DNA of 63,933 bases, counting the filler, from Folioceros fuciformis (taxonomy: Eukaryota), in NCBI GenBank assembly GCA_049999805.1. It is 11 parts of 11 records of this genome, joined end to end, with 100 filler letters (N's around TTAATTAATTAA, not from the genome) between each part and the next. Parts side by side here need not be neighbours in the genome. Positions count along the whole stretch, not along the records: positions 46,103 to 50,969 come from JBNGIO010003016.1; positions 51,070 to 58,435 come from JBNGIO010003017.1; positions 58,536 to 62,444 come from JBNGIO010003019.1; 8 more parts are not named here. One strand, written 5' to 3'. Shown one piece after another: positions 48,499 through 62,544 of this stretch (position 1 is its first letter; each line of letters starts with the position of its first letter). The notes beneath the pieces were generated by a model. It saw nothing but the letters and a program-made list of their open reading frames with translations, searched no databases and was not told the origin of the DNA. Made by a program: the position numbers and the translations under genes.

Positions 48499-50372
48499 AT
48501 GAGCGGAGGCAGCAGCAGCAGCAGCGGCAGCAGCTCTGAGACTGAATGCCAGCGACCCGAGCTTCCGGAGTTCAATCCTGGGCCCGTGCCTCCTCTCCAG
48601 CCGGTGGATCGATTTGGGTTTGTTAGGGGTGCCAATGGCGTGCTCAAGTCCGCGCTTCAAGGAGAACGAGAGAGGTGAAAGGTTTAGGACCTCTTCCTTG
48701 GGGTGCATCTTGCTTGTCCGGAAGTGGAGGGGAGGAGGGCACGGGGCGGGCAGTGCCGGCATGTCTGACGTCGTGCTGCCCCCGTTGGTGCTGCAGGGAC
48801 GAGCGCAGGCTGAAGAAATGGCGGAAAATGATCGGCGTCGGCGGCGCCGATTGGAAGCAGTATGTGAGAAGGAACCCCAACGTGGTGAAGAGACGTATCA
48901 GGAAGGGAATTCCCGACTGCCTCCGAGGTCTCGTGTGGCAACTCATATCTGGGAGCCGGGACCTGCTTCTGTCTCACCAGGGTGTTTACGGGGTAACGTT
49001 GTTTGCTTCCGTGGCCTGGTTGTTGTGGTTTGTTCTCTGACTTGTCGTTGAGACTCTCACTGCCTGCCCTGCCTGCCTGCAGCAATTGGTGCTCTATGAC
49101 AACTCTGTGGCAGAGCTGGACATCATACGGGACATATCTCGCACCTTCCCGTCTCATGTGTACTACCAGCAGAGGCATGGGCCTGGGCAGCGGTCCCTCT
49201 ACAACGTCCTCAAGGCGTATTCCGTGTATGATCCTGAAGTGGGCTACGTTCAGGTACTGTTTTCCCCAGAACAATGCCATGGCTGCAGTGCAGGTTGTGT
49301 GGCTGCGCTGTGGTAGGTGCAACTTCTGAATATGTTGCTTGGCTTGGGATGAGAGGTTGAATCTTTTCAGGGCATGGGATTCTTAGCAGGCTTGCTGCTG
49401 CTTTACATGAGTGAAGAGGATGCTTTCTGGCTGCTGGTGGCTCTGCTGAAAGGAGAAAAGAATGCACCCATGAAGGGCCTGTATCTGGTAGGTGTACTCC
49501 CGCTCTCTTCTTATGCGTGGGAAATCTTTCGTACATGCATGCTCCCAGACACCCTCACTTTCTTTCATTGCTGTCACAGGTCGGGCTGCCTCTGGTGCAG
49601 CAATATCTTTTCCAGTTCGAAGGATTGGTCCAGGAGCTGCTGCCCAGGTTGGGGGCCCATTTTGAGAGGGAGATGATCAATCCCAGCATGTACGCCAGCC
49701 AGTGGTTCATCACTGTCTTCTCCTACTCTTTCCCATTCTCGCTTGCTCTGCGGATCTGGGACGTTTTTCTGAACGAGGTTGGTCGCTGTATACTCTTTGA
49801 TCCTCCCATCTCTTGTCTTCTTCGTTTGGGTCTGTCGTCCCTGGTGGTAATGGACGGACTATGTGGTTGACACAGGGCGTGAAGGTGATCTTCCGTGTGG
49901 GCTTGGCTCTGCTCAAATACTGCCACGATGACCTGGTACCTACCTTGTCTGTCTCTCTAGCACGAGGGTCCTCTTCGTAGCATCATCTCATGAGGCTGAC
50001 CACCACTTCTGGACAATTGGATGTCAGATTCAGCTACCTTTTGAAAAGCTGGTGCAGAGACTGAAGAATTTTCCGGAAGATGCATTACAGCCAGATGTGT
50101 TGTTGCCCATGGCGAATTCCATTAAGGTTACCAACTCCTTCACGTCCTCATATGAGGTGCAGCCGCTCAAGATTCTCTTTCTTTGCTGTTAACTACTTCA
50201 CTCACCACTGCATGTGCCTGCTCAGGTTTCCAAGAGACTGGAAGAGCTTCTTCAAGAGTATAATGGGCGAAATAACCCCAGTCCCCATCCCAATCCCAAT
50301 CCCAATCCTAGCGCTAAAAGCGGAGAGAGTCTTAAGATAAATTCCTTCCAAAAAAATTCTTTGACATGTTAA
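48499..50372 (+). CDS. TBC-domain Rab GTPase-activating protein (PAM1/EVI5-like), 387 aa
   Basis: Exons 48499-48674, 48797-48992, 49083-49253, 49371-49487, 49580-49777, 49876-49935, 50028-50126, 50226-50372; VDRFGF, RKGIPDCLRGLVW, IIRDISRT (Arg finger), GYVQGMGF (Gln finger), LRIWDVFL. Probable 5'-UTR intron at 48428-48486. Confidence 0.94.
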
Positions 50373-50559
50373 CTTACTTTGTAAATTGAAATTTTCTTCG
50401 TCGGAATACCCCCTACTGTGTCATAGGACATGCCTAAAATGTGTCGCACGATTGTTTTGCTGACCTATCGGGAAGTATGTATTAATGAACAATTTCCAAA
50501 TTTTTGCCTTGGTCGGGCAAGGAGATCTACGATATTAATTTAATAACCGTAACATGAGC

Positions 50560-50969
50560 TTACTTTGGCTTGGTCTGGGCAGCAACCTCGGCAGCAAAAT
50601 CCACTGTCTTCTTCTCGATGCCTTCACCAAGAACGAACTTGACAAATCTCCTGACCTGAATGTTCTCGCCCAGCGCAGCAATGGTTTCCTTGACGTGGTC
50701 CTTAACTAGCACCTTGTCGTTGCGTATGTAAGCCTGCTCCAGCAACGCCAGCTCTGCGACGCGCTTGCTAACGCGGCCGTCCACAATCTTGCTGCGCACA
50801 GCCTCCGGCTTACTGGCCAAGTCCTCCTTCTGCGACTCCACATCCTTCTCTCGGGCCACGTACTCCGCTGGAATGTCCTCCAAGCTCACGTACTGTACCT
50901 GCGGGCAGGCCACCACCTGCATGGCCAGATCCTGCACCAGCTCCTTGAACCGGTCGCCCCGAGCCACGA
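50560..50969 (-). CDS. tsf: Plastid elongation factor Ts (PETs/EF-Ts polyprotein-like), C-terminal fragment
   Basis: [59 protein letters not shown]; 5' part cut off by the spacer. Confidence 0.9.
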
Positions 50970-51069
50970 NNNNNNNNNNNNNNNNNNNNNNNNNNNNNNN
51001 NNNNNNNNNNNNNTTAATTAATTAANNNNNNNNNNNNNNNNNNNNNNNNNNNNNNNNNNNNNNNNNNNN
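50970..51069. other. Artificial contig spacer
   Basis: N44-TTAATTAATTAA-N44. Confidence 0.98.
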
Positions 51070-51835
51070 TGAACATTTATACCAAGAGGAGGTCCCCTGG
51101 ACAGTCCCCGAAGTGGATGTGCTTTGTGACGCATGTGTGCATGCAAAACTCCCCAAGCAGAATGCCAAGAAGCCTCATGAGCAAAATAGAGCCACGGAAA
51201 CCCTTGTCGTGGTGCATACAGATTTATGCGGGCCAATGTCCGTCCAATCACTTGGAGGCGCACTGTATTTTATGGTGCTTGTGGACGACTACAATCGCTT
51301 CACAATGACATATTTCTTGCGCCACAAATCAAAGGCACTTGAGAGATTTATGGATTATGTGAATTTCTCACAAAGGCAAACTAGGAATAAGGTGAAAACT
51401 CTTCGCAGTGACGGAGGAGGGGAGTTCAACAGCACTGACTTCCAGGACTACTGTAGATCTCTTGGTATAGGGAGGCAGATCACTGTCCCATACACCTCCA
51501 GCCAGAACCCACTTGCTGAATCTAAGAATCGATATCTACAAGAAGCAGCTAAAGCCATGCTGTATCAATCGGGATTATCAAGGAGGTACTGGGCAGAGGC
51601 AGTACACATAGCCACCTACATTCAAAATCGAATTCCCACATCAACCTTCAAAGACTCCACCCCCTTCGAACGCTGGACGGGTAAGAAGCCAGCTATCTCT
51701 CACTTTAAGATCTTTGGGTGCAAGGTCTATGTGCACATACACAAGGAGCAAAGAACAAAGCTCGACTACAAAGCAAAGCAGATGATTTTTGTGGGATATT
51801 CAAAAGGCATAAAGGGGTATAAAGTGTACGACACA
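51070..51835 (+). mobile_element. Ty1/Copia integrase fragment
   Basis: CDAC, VHTDLCGP, LRSDGGGEF, WAEAV, FVGYS..KGYKVYD; homology ends abruptly near 51835. Confidence 0.9.
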
Positions 51836-52896
51836 ACCTGCAGCCTCACAAACTCTCTCTCCAAGCTGTGCTCCAGAAACGTGATGTGATTGTGCACCCC
51901 TTGATCAATGGACGCACCTGGTCTAGGGAATCTGAATTCGCTCTAGTGCTTAGGTGTCCCAATTGTTTATAGCGTGCACAGAAATATGATTGTGGGTTAG
52001 GCTTACGAGGGGTGCTAGTGTAGGGCGGTGTGATCGAGGCTTCCCCTGACCTGCATGACTAAGTGAGCGTGCAAGAGCCTCTCCTATGTCTGATAGGAAA
52101 TGTGATGTAGGATCCCCGTCTTGCTCTGTTGCATGGCGCCTCCTACAGTTGCCTCGATGCGGCATGGTGGCAAAGTTTCATGTGGGCAGAATTGCAAAAT
52201 TGCAGAATTGCTCGGGTTCTCAGAAAAATGCAACAACGCCCACAGCTGCCATCTCGCATGTCCTCCAATCTGGTCGCTGAGGCGAGCGCACACGAGTTTG
52301 TAGGCGCGCGCCTTTCAAATCACATGTGCGCTCAACGGATTGCTAGCGTGCATGCTAGGACAGCTGCAAAACCCTTGGCGCTGCCGTGCTAATCTGCAGA
52401 CGCCGCCGTTGGATCTGCAGGCGTGCAATCGGGGCGCGCTCATGGATCTGGCTGCGCGCACACCAGGCGACCATCTAATTATGTCCACGCGCTTAGATCT
52501 GTGGGCAATCCAGCGGAACATGCACCCCTTCGTTGCTGGCGCCTCTTAAAAACGGGCTCGCGGCGCCAAAAACGGGCGCACGCGAGTGGGTCTGGAGCGC
52601 GTGCATGTGTCCGTGCACAACGTGGCTAGGCAAGTTTGGATTTGGCCATGCTACATCCGGATTTGAGTGTGTGGGTGCACGATCTCGTGAGAGCCTCGCT
52701 CTGATACCAAAGAGAAATCTTTGAAAGGAGAGAGAAAAAGCATTTCATTAGATGCACGGCACCTTATGTACACCCGGCAGTTAGGGTTTCAAGTCTTTGG
52801 ATATATTTTTTGTAGTTATTTACGTATGGTTTTATTTACAGGTCTATTATATATATGCTGCTGCTAGACTAGACTATTTCTATCTGAATCTTTCTA
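51836..52896 (-). mobile_element. 5' end of an LTR retrotransposon (LTR ~52710-52896, PBS, GC-rich leader)
   Basis: gctctgatacca at 52698-52709 is the reverse complement of the iMet PBS; it interrupts a Copia RH that resumes at 52897 (EYRGAAMAACE). Confidence 0.65.
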
Positions 52897-53521
52897 GTAT
52901 CGAGGAGCTGCAATGGCAGCCTGTGAAGCAGCTTGGTTGCAGAAGTTGCTACATGATCTTGGAAATATAGTGAACAGCAAGGTTACAATCTACTGTGACA
53001 ACATGAGTAGCATGAGGTTGGCTACTAATCTTGTGTTTCATGCTCGTTCGAAGCACATAGAATACATTATCATTTCATCAGGGAAGCGGTATTATCTGAG
53101 AAGATAGATTTTCGGCACGTGAAGACCGAAGACCAGGTAGCAGATATCTTTACTAAGTCGCTAGGTAGAGATAAGTTCTTACACTTTCGTGAACTACTTG
53201 GAGTGTTACAAATAGTCTGAGCTTGAGGGGGAGTGTTAGAAATCAAGCTCTAATTGAATTGTTATTAAGAGCATACAACACTTAGGATAGTGTAGATTAT
53301 CCCATATTGAACTCGTAGTTATCTATCACCTAAGTGTTATCAGGATATATCAGGATATACTAGGATATTGCACCCTCGAGACTAAGGCTTACCTTATCGA
53401 GGGTTGCCCCGCCTGAAGGCTATATATGTAGCATCCTGTGCACCATAAGTAAGGAACTGTGAAGTCCATATAAGCTAGTGGTGCTATTTCAACATTTCTT
53501 ACATTGTTTCTTGTCCCAACA
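52897..53521 (+). mobile_element. Ty1/Copia 3' end (RNase H, PPT, 3' LTR 53234-53521)
   Basis: IYCDN, VFHARSKHIE, QVADIFTK; PPT ttgagggggag; LTR TGTTAG...CCAACA. Confidence 0.85.
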
Positions 53522-56500
53522 CTCAATCAAAATGGCAAGGAATAGACGTGCCTATGATATAGCCCGTCGCTATCGTGAGGAAAAGGAGCGTCAACGAGGA
53601 CGTAGCCACAACTTCAACACTTCAAGAGGATCTGGATACAATTCTCTATATGCACCTCCAAGACTCCTACGAGAGGAATGGTTGAAGGAACTCCTGCTTA
53701 CACTTGAAAATCAAGGATGGACACAACCGTCCAAAGTATTACACAATCACACCTCTTCATTAAGTGGAGGGAACTCGACACGGACCACAAGACAAAGATC
53801 TCCAAGGAAATTAAGGAAAACGAAGAAATTCCCCTTTCGCCTCTGCACGTGGGAGGCGACCACAATCGTGCACATCACCCGTGCATGTGTGGAGGTCATT
53901 CAGATGAGATTCGAAGAGACACAACAGCTTGCAAAGGAGGCGTGGCCGTGAATCAGCAGATCTCGCCGTCAATTCCAGGCGGGATACCTCCACAAGTTCA
54001 GGACGCCGCCACAAATTCAGGCGGTGCGCCCTTCCAATTTCAGGCAGCGACTGCTGATTTGGGAGGCGTGTCCGCAATTCGGGGAGTCGGGACTCCTCCG
54101 CTGGAGAGCACACCAATCAATGAAGTGATCACGCGTTCTGATCCGACTCCAATTCTTGGCACGACTGCCAATCTTAGAGGCGCATGTACAGATCTTGCTT
54201 GGGCGTCCCCTAATTTTCAGCACACGCCTGTTCATCCGAGAAGCGCGCTTGCTTCAAGCGGTGCTCTTCTAGATCTAAAGGATGGGCCTGCTCTGAATTC
54301 GGGTGTTCTTGCTTGTCATAGCAGCGCGCCCATGGTGGTAGAAGGAACCACCCCACACACGGGAGGCGCGCTCCAAGCACCGGCCCTGGCTAGCTGTTTC
54401 GGATGAGTTTCTCAAGAAGAAAAACCTCATCGACTTCTTGCTATGCGGTGCGTGCCCCCGGCGTCCACTTTAAAAGTTCAAGCACCTTCCACAACGGTTG
54501 CAGTTCGTATTAAGGAGGAACCAGTTTCTCCTCCGTCCCCCTTTGAGACCCTGCAAGCTGCTTATAAGGAGTACAAGGACCACGAGACCCAAGCACAAGC
54601 TTCATCTTTTGAGAAACGTTCTCACCATTATCTGAAACTTTGGGAGTCTATCACTAACTTAGTCAACGAAGTTAAAACTGTTTGTCGTATGGAGTCCAGT
54701 TCTGATTAGGGATCTCAAGTACCTATATTTATATATATCCATAAATTATCTTGTGCTCTTTATATTGATGTTTATCCTAAGCCTTGTGTTATAACACTTT
54801 GCTTGCTTAAATATCTATTCAAGACACAAATAACATTATGCCAGGAACGAGTACCCCCATGTCGATGACTACTCCCTCAATTGCACTAGTGATAAATGTG
54901 ATGAACGTATCAACTGATTTCAAAGAAAAAGACCTTTTTAACGGTACAAAGTATGAAGTCTGGTCTCGACGAATGAAAACAGCCTTGAATACATGAGATT
55001 TGCTTTCTATCGTGAAAGGAACTTCCCCCAAGCCTCTGGCACCTCAATCGGCTGTCGAAGCTTGGTTAAAACTTGATTGTCAAGCCATGCATATGTTAAT
55101 ATCTAGTCTTGACGAGACTACGTTACACCATACCGATGGTGCAACTACAGTAGCAGAAGCGTGGAAGCAGATAAATGATATTTATCAATCCACCAATGTG
55201 ATGACCCTGGTCACTGTGCGCCAAGAGCTCTATACTCTTCATATGCAACCAGGCGATAGTATTGCCCACCATGTGAGTCGTTTTCGTTACCTCCGGGCAC
55301 AATTGGCTGCACTAGGCACTACTATGTTTGAGTTTGATGCTATTGTACAATTGCTGGCTAGTCTTCCGGCTAGCTATCAATCTTTTGTCTCTTCACACAA
55401 CCAGTCGGTCCGTAACTCTCAGCGAGCATTGGCGGCTGGTGGTCAATCGACACTTAATGTGTCCAAGATTGCTGGGGCGCTCCTACAAGAGGAGGATTCT
55501 CGCTATAATACTAGCACATCTAAGCATGGTGATGAGCGAGTGATGTTCGTGACACGAGGGCGGTCTCAACATCAGCCTAAGAGAAGAGACAATCCCGCAA
55601 AGCGGATGACTTCTAACAGTCACCCAAAATCTGCTTCTTCTGCCTCTACCTCCAAGACCCAGAAGCGACAAGGCACTTGTAACTGGTGTCAAATTCCGGG
55701 CCATTGGGAGAGGGAGTGCAGGAAGAAGCAAGCTGGTGAGGCTAAGAGGGAGCCCAAGTCCGCTAATACGGCTGTTCTTCCTAAGGCCAAGACTTAGACT
55801 AAACCAGAGATTGCTCTTACAATGTGCCTCGTTGCATCGGCTTTAAATACATCGTGGCTCATTGACTCCGCAGCTACTGCTCATATTTGCAGTTCCAAGC
55901 ATATGTTTACCACCTATGCGGCGTCACCTGATCCTCTCCGGTATGTCCTATTAGGAGATGACTCTGGTCTTGCCATACACGGCACAGGGAATGTGACCTT
56001 CACATTAGACGATAAATCCACCCTTCTGCTGACGAATGTACTTCATGTTCCGCAAATGGCCAAGAACCTTATCTCTGTACGACACCTTATGCACGATGGT
56101 CTTTATAAACTAGAGTTTGGCAAAGAAAACTGTCTACTCTATCGATCCTCCAAGTCCCATCAAGTGGTAGCACGAGGACATCTCCAGAGTGATCTCTACA
56201 TATTCTCCGGCACCCTTGTGTATTCTTCCAGCGCTGCGGCTGTGGAAACTACCAAGGATGCACCACAAGCTAGGCACCAGTCCTCCGGGCCAGCCTTCTT
56301 ATGGCACTGTAGGCTTGGGCATCTTAACTCTGCTAAGTTACTTGCCATGTCCATGTAGGATCTCTATCGTGACAACCTTCCCGCCTTGGCCAAGACTCCA
56401 CCATTCTGTGAAGCCTGTGTGTTGGCCAAGCAGAGAAGTGCACCTTACTCTAGTCTTCCTGCTCACAGGGCATCTCAGCCCTTGGAAATAGTTCACGTTG

Positions 56501-58435
56501 ATTTGTGTGGACCTCTTCCTGTCACTTCTTTAGGCGGAGCCCGCCATTTTATGACAATCGTAGATGATTATTCTCGTTATTCTTTTGTGTATTCGCTCCG
56601 TCTTAAGAGTGACTCCTTTGGTGTGTTCCAACCCTTTGTCTCGATGGCTGAGCTGCACATTGGGTGTAAGCTGCGGTGCATTCATTCTGACAATGCAGGG
56701 GAACTCAACAATTGGCTCTTCCAAGCTTTCTGTGAAGAACGAGGGATTACCTGGCAGTTCACGGTTCCCTACACTTCTGCTCAGAATGGCATTGCGGAGA
56801 AGACCAATGGCGATCTTCTTGCCATGGCCAGGGCTATGCTAGCCCAGTCTCGTCTGCCGAAGTCTTTTTGGGCTGAGGCCATTTCCACCGCTACTTATAT
56901 AAAGAACCAGCTTCTTACAATGGCAGTAGCTGGCCGTACTCCTTTTGAATGCTGGTTTGGTTACAAGCCACTTATTTCCCATCTTCGGGTGGCTCTCCCG
57001 CCTATGCCTATGTTCCTTCCCCACTACGCGACAAGCTTTCTTCTCGAGCGCAGAAAATTGTGTTTGTTGGCTACGGGGAGGCCTGCAAGGCTTATAAGCT
57101 AGTTGATCCTCACTCTCATACTCCAGTCTATGCACGAACGGTTACTTCTGATGAAGGTTATGTTCTGTCTCATGGACCCATTCTTGATGGTGACAAGGAT
57201 GACCGCTCTCCGCCAAGTAGTCCTCGTCCTCTTGATGATGTCCATGTCTCCTTTGACCTCCCTTCTTCCTCATTTCCTAATGGTTCTATACCATTGGATC
57301 CTTCATCACTAGCAGCTCTGGCTTCTTCGGTTTCTGCTCGAGGGGGGGAAGATGAAGGTGAAGGCTCCATGGGTACTGCTCAAGATATGGATCTTCCTCA
57401 TGATATATCTACAGCAAATGTTCACATTTCGTCTCAGAGGACTGATGCTAGTATACCTGAGCGAAGGTATCCTTCATGTCAAAGACAGCCAAGACATTTG
57501 TGGGGTGAAAAACGTTTTGATCTAGAATTTCTGGGGGCTGGTTATATTGGGGTCTATCCCATTGTGTATTCTCTTGCTACTAGCTCTTCTCTTTCAGAGG
57601 GAGATCCTCTCACACTTAGAGAAGCATATTCAAGACCAGACGCTGATAAGTGGAAATTAGCTATTGACGATGAGTACAACTCTCTAGTAAAAAATTACAC
57701 TTGGCAATTAGTGGATCTTCCTGCAGGTAGGACTACAGTCAAGTGTAAGTGGGTACTAAAAACCAAATTTCAAGAGGTAGAACCCTGGATAAGATACAAA
57801 GCAAGGTTAGTGGCCAAGGGTTATAGTCAGCGAGAGGGAGTAGACTATCAAGGTGACCAGGTTTACTCTCCTGTTGTCAAAGCAGCATCTATTAGGATGC
57901 TTCTGGCCCTTTGTGCTGAACTCAACCTTACCATCTATCAATTGGATGTCTGCACAGCCTTTCTGTATGGTCATTTAGAAGAAGAAATCTATATGGATCA
58001 GCCCGAGGACTATGAGGATAAGAAACATCCTTATGAGGTGTGTAAACTTCTTCGTTCTATATATGGGCTCAAACAAAGCCCACGACTATGGTACAAGCGA
58101 ATTGATACATACCTCAAGAAGATTGGCTTTGTACAATGTGAGTCAGATACCTATCTCTATGTGCTGCGAAAAGACAGTTCAATTGTATTAATAGCATTAT
58201 ATGTGGATGACTTGGTCATTCCAGGCAACAATGTGGAGTTGGTTAACCAAATTAAGGCAAATCTCGGTAAAGAGTTTGAAATGAAAGACCTTGGTCAAGT
58301 AAAGTATATTCTTGGAATGCATGTACATAAAGATAGATCCACTGGAGCTATCTATCTTCATCAGGGGAGATATGTAGCAGGGATGTTGAAGAAGTTTAAT
58401 CTAGAAAATGCACGAGCAGCAGCCACTCCAGGTGC
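53522..58435 (+). mobile_element. Degenerate Ty1/Copia with long coding-like leader; gag from ~54838, PR, IN, RT
   Basis: CNWCQIPGHWEREC, WLIDSAAT, VHVDLCGP, YKARLVAKG, LDVCTAFL, LYVDD; assignment of the leader to this element is tentative. Confidence 0.88.
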
Positions 58436-58535
58436 NNNNNNNNNNNNNNNNNNNNNNNNNNNNNNNNNNNNNNNNNNNNTTAATTAATTAANNNNNNNNN
58501 NNNNNNNNNNNNNNNNNNNNNNNNNNNNNNNNNNN
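58436..58535. other. Artificial contig spacer
   Basis: N44-TTAATTAATTAA-N44. Confidence 0.98.
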
Positions 58536-61500
58536 ACCATGCTCCTCTAGTGACCCTACAAGTGGTATCAGAGCAGGTTGTGGAGTAGGTTGTGGAGCAG
58601 GTTGTGGAGCAAGACCATGAAGATGGCCATATAGGAGGGGGAGAGATGCCATGCAGGCGCCACCTAGGCGCCATGTGAGAGCCACTTGGGCGCCACCGGG
58701 CGCCACCTAGGCGCCATGTGAGCGCCAACGGGCGCCACATCAGCGCCGCTTGGGCACCACGCGGGCGCCACCTATGCACCATTTGAACTTCACCTAGGTG
58801 CCACCGGGCACCACGTGGGCGCCCGTGACACGCGAAACGAGCGTGCCAGTGAAGCGAGGACCCGATTGACGAGCGCCGAAAAGTGAACAAATCGCAGACG
58901 CCGGGAGCAAGAGTGTGGGCGCCGTATTGACCCCGGCTGAGGAAGCCAGGATCTCGACCAGACGTAGGAGGACATTCCTGTTATGAGCGACAGAGGCCCA
59001 AGTTGTGGACATACGATTCGGAAGAAGTTGTGAGGGTAACCTGTAGAATCTACATTTCATTTCGACCAATTTCAAACTAGCCTTTTGGTTGATTTGGATC
59101 GATTTTGAAGCATGACGTCCTCAGAAAACGTCATGTTCAATATCGAGAAGTTAGATGGTACTAACTTCCCATTCTGGAAAGAACAAGTGTATAATGTTCT
59201 AGTAAAGAAGAAGCAGATCAAGCCCATCAAGCTGCTAGGAGTGAAACCTGTTAGCATGACTCAGGATGAGTGGCAGGATCTAGATGAGCTTGCTAGGTCT
59301 ACCATCATGCTAACAGTGTCGAAGTCGGTCTACTTCAACGTGAAAGACAAGACCACAAGTTTCGAGCTATGGCAGAAACTATGTGACTTGTATGAGAAGC
59401 AAAGTGCGGCTTCTCAGGTGTATTGGTTGAAATAGCTAGTGGACTTGAAGATGAAGGAAGGGACGAGGATGTCCGATCATCTGAATGAGTTCAATACCAT
59501 TTTCAGCCAGCTCTCATCTCAAGGTATCTCGTTCCCAGATTCCGTGAGAGCTATGTTTCTGTTGGTCACATTACCAGAGAGCTGGAACACCTTCCGTACG
59601 GCTCTGAGTAATTCCGCTCTTGCCAGTGGTCTTACCGTTGTAAATGTAGAAGGTAGCCTATTAACAGAGGAGGTGAACAGGAAGAATATGGAACCTTCGA
59701 AAGGTTCTAATGCCCTCATGGTGAGAGGAAGGTCCACTTCAAAGGGGAAGTACAAGGAGCGAAGTTCTTCCCGTAGCAAATTTCGTAGTCGTAACAATGT
59801 TGAGTGTTACCATTGTCATAAGAAGGGTCACATCAGAAGGGACTGCGAGAAGTTCAAGAAGGAAAAAGGCAAGGAGAAGAAGCAGAGCGACAACAAGGCA
59901 GATTCGAGTATCGAGCGTGATGAGGTGAACTCTGTTGACAATGAAGATGTTCTTATCTCTTCTTCTTTTGGTTCTGCACAATTGACAGCCATGGAGAGTC
60001 ACTTATTCTCTAATTGGATAATTGACTCTGGAGCATCTTTCCATGTTACTCCGCATAGGGAGTGGTTTAGCACTTATGATGCTACTAGGAAAGGATGTGT
60101 TCGGCTTGGAAATAACTACGCGTGCGAGATAGCAGGCGTTGGTGATGTGCAGCTGAAGTTCGACAACGAATCTTCATTCACACTAAAAAATGTTAGGCAT
60201 GTTCCGAAGTTGACCAAAAGCATGATTAGCGCAGGGCAATTGGATGACGCTGGCTACCACTCTTGGTTTGGAGATCGTTCTTGGAAGATCTCCAAAGGTT
60301 CTCTTGTGATAGCTCGTGGATCGAAGTGTGGCACTTGTACTCACTTCAGGTAACCACTGTCAAGGATCATGTGATTTGTGTAACGGAACAGCCAAGTGTT
60401 TCCTTGTGGCACAGTCGGTTAGGACATATGTCTCAGAAAGGAATGAAGATCTTATCTCGTTTTGGTTACGTCCCTGCTCTTGACTTCTCCGATTTCTCCG
60501 TGTGTGAGCACTGTTTGTATGGAAAACAGACGAAGTCACCACATGGAGCAAGAGGTAAACACAAAAGTAAACCTCTTGAATTGGTTCACAGTGACATTTG
60601 TGGACCTATGCCCACTGTGTCGTTAGGCGGTGCATCTTATTTTGTCACTTTCATTGATGACTTCTCACGCAAGGTGTGGGTTTATCCTTTGAGGAAAAAG
60701 GATGATGTTCTGACAGTGTTTCAGAAATTCGTCACCCTTGTGGAGAATGAGTCTGGCCTCCGGCTGAAGTGTCTAAGGACAGACAATGGGGGAGAGTATG
60801 TCTCGAAAGCTTTCCATTCATTCTGTGATTCCAAGGGAATCAAGAGAGAATTAAGTGCACCGTATACTCCTCCCCAGAATGGTGTGGCTGAGCGGATGAA
60901 CAGGACCATCCAGGAGAGGATGCGTAGTTTGTTGTCAAACTCTGGATTGCCTAACGGATTTTGGGCAAAAGCGGTGGTTACGGCAATGCATCTTATTAAC
61001 AGATCTCCTAATAGGGCTGTGGATGAACAAGTTCCAGAGGAGATGTAGTCTGGAAAGAAGCCGTCATACAAACATCTACGAGTGTTTGGCTGCGAGGCAT
61101 ACTACCATGTTCCGAAGGAGTTTCACGACAAGTTGGCTCCTCAGTCAAGAAAAATGTATTTTTCTTGGCTATGGTGAATCTGGTGAGATGGGATACCGTC
61201 TGTGGGATCCAGAAGCCAAGAGGATGGTTCGCAGCAATGATGTGTTCTTCAATGAGACCAAGATGCACAAGAAGCCTACTCCAACTGTGGAGGTGCGACG
61301 GGTGGTCTTCCAAGAAGATGGACTTGACTGTCCCGCGCAGGCTGAACATCGTGATGTGCAGGAACAAGTTCCTCCACTTGTAGACGAGGAGAGAGTGCAA
61401 CCAGCTCCGGTCGAGGCGCCAGTGCTTCGTAGGTCAGGAAGGATCTCACGTCCTCCTGACAGGTATGTTGCATCTCTTGATTATGTCATGCTGACGGATT

Positions 61501-62444
61501 GTGGGGAGCCCTCTTGTTACCAAGAGGCCATGCCAGTGACTGACAAAAACAAGTGGGAGAAGGCGATGCAGTCGCAGATGGATTCGCTCCATAAGAACCA
61601 AACTTGGGAGTGAGTTCGGTTGCCTAAGGGCAAGAAGGAGTTGCCATGCAAATGGGTGTATAAGATGAAGGACATACCCCATTATGGCAAACCCAAGTAC
61701 AAGGCACGATTGGTTGCTAAAGGTTTTAAGCAACAGCAAGGTATTGACTTTGATGAGATTTTCTCACCAGTTGTCAAAATGACTACCTTGAGATGTGTTC
61801 TTGGTCTGGTTGCAAGGAACGACATGGAACTTGTCCAGATGGATGTGAAGTCAGCATTTCTGCATGGTGATCTCCAGGAAGAGGTATACATGCAGCAACC
61901 AGAGGGTTTCATTGAGAAGGGCAAAGAGAGTCTGGTGTGCAAGTTAAAGAAGAGCCTTTATGGTTTGAAGCAGGCACCCAGGGAGTGGTATTTCAAGTTT
62001 CACTCATTTATGCTTTCTCAAGGCTACAAGCGTAGCGATATGGATCATTGCCTCTATACGAAGCAAGCTAAGGATGGAAGCTTGCTCATTCTAGTCCTCT
62101 ATGTGGATGATATGCTAATTGCTGGGACTAACAGTGATGAGATTTCAGCGTTGCAGTCAAAGTTGAATGGTCGCTTTGACATGACAGACTTGGGGGAGGC
62201 AAGCCATATTCTTGGCATGCGTATTCGTCGAGACAGACAGAAGCATTTGATGTACTTGTCTCAGAGAGAATACATTAACAAGGTGCTTCAACGTTTCAAT
62301 ATGGAGAAGGGGAAGGTCTTAAGTACTCCATTGCCTCCATATGTGAAACTTTCGAGCAAGGATTGCCCAAGTTCTGCGGAGGATAAAGCTGAAATACAGA
62401 AGGTTCCATACTCATCAGCTGTAGGGAGTTTGATGTATGCAATG
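58536..62444 (+). mobile_element. Ty1/Copia (Tnt1/Tork-like) LTR end, PBS, gag-pol 59112-62444, lightly decayed
   Basis: LTR end ...ccctaca at 58560; PBS TGGTATCAGAGC at 58563-58574; IEKLDGTNF, CYHCHKKGH, WIIDSGASFH, LRTDNGGEY, MDVKSAFL, LYVDDM; only a few stops and frameshifts. Confidence 0.95.
58655..58830. repeat. GGCGCC-rich short repeats in the Copia 5' leader
   Basis: Repeated ggcgccacctaggcgccatgtgag and gggcgccac units. Confidence 0.75.
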
Positions 62445-62544
62445 NNNNNNNNNNNNNNNNNNNNNNNNNNNNNNNNNNNNNNNNNNNNTTAATTAATTAA
62501 NNNNNNNNNNNNNNNNNNNNNNNNNNNNNNNNNNNNNNNNNNNN
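62445..62544. other. Artificial contig spacer
   Basis: N44-TTAATTAATTAA-N44. Confidence 0.98.

Noticed and set aside
50560-50969. EF-Ts as cyanobacterial contamination
   Set aside because: It lies on the same contig, 187 bp from a spliced plant gene, and the MQVVACPQV signature fits the nuclear-encoded plastid protein.
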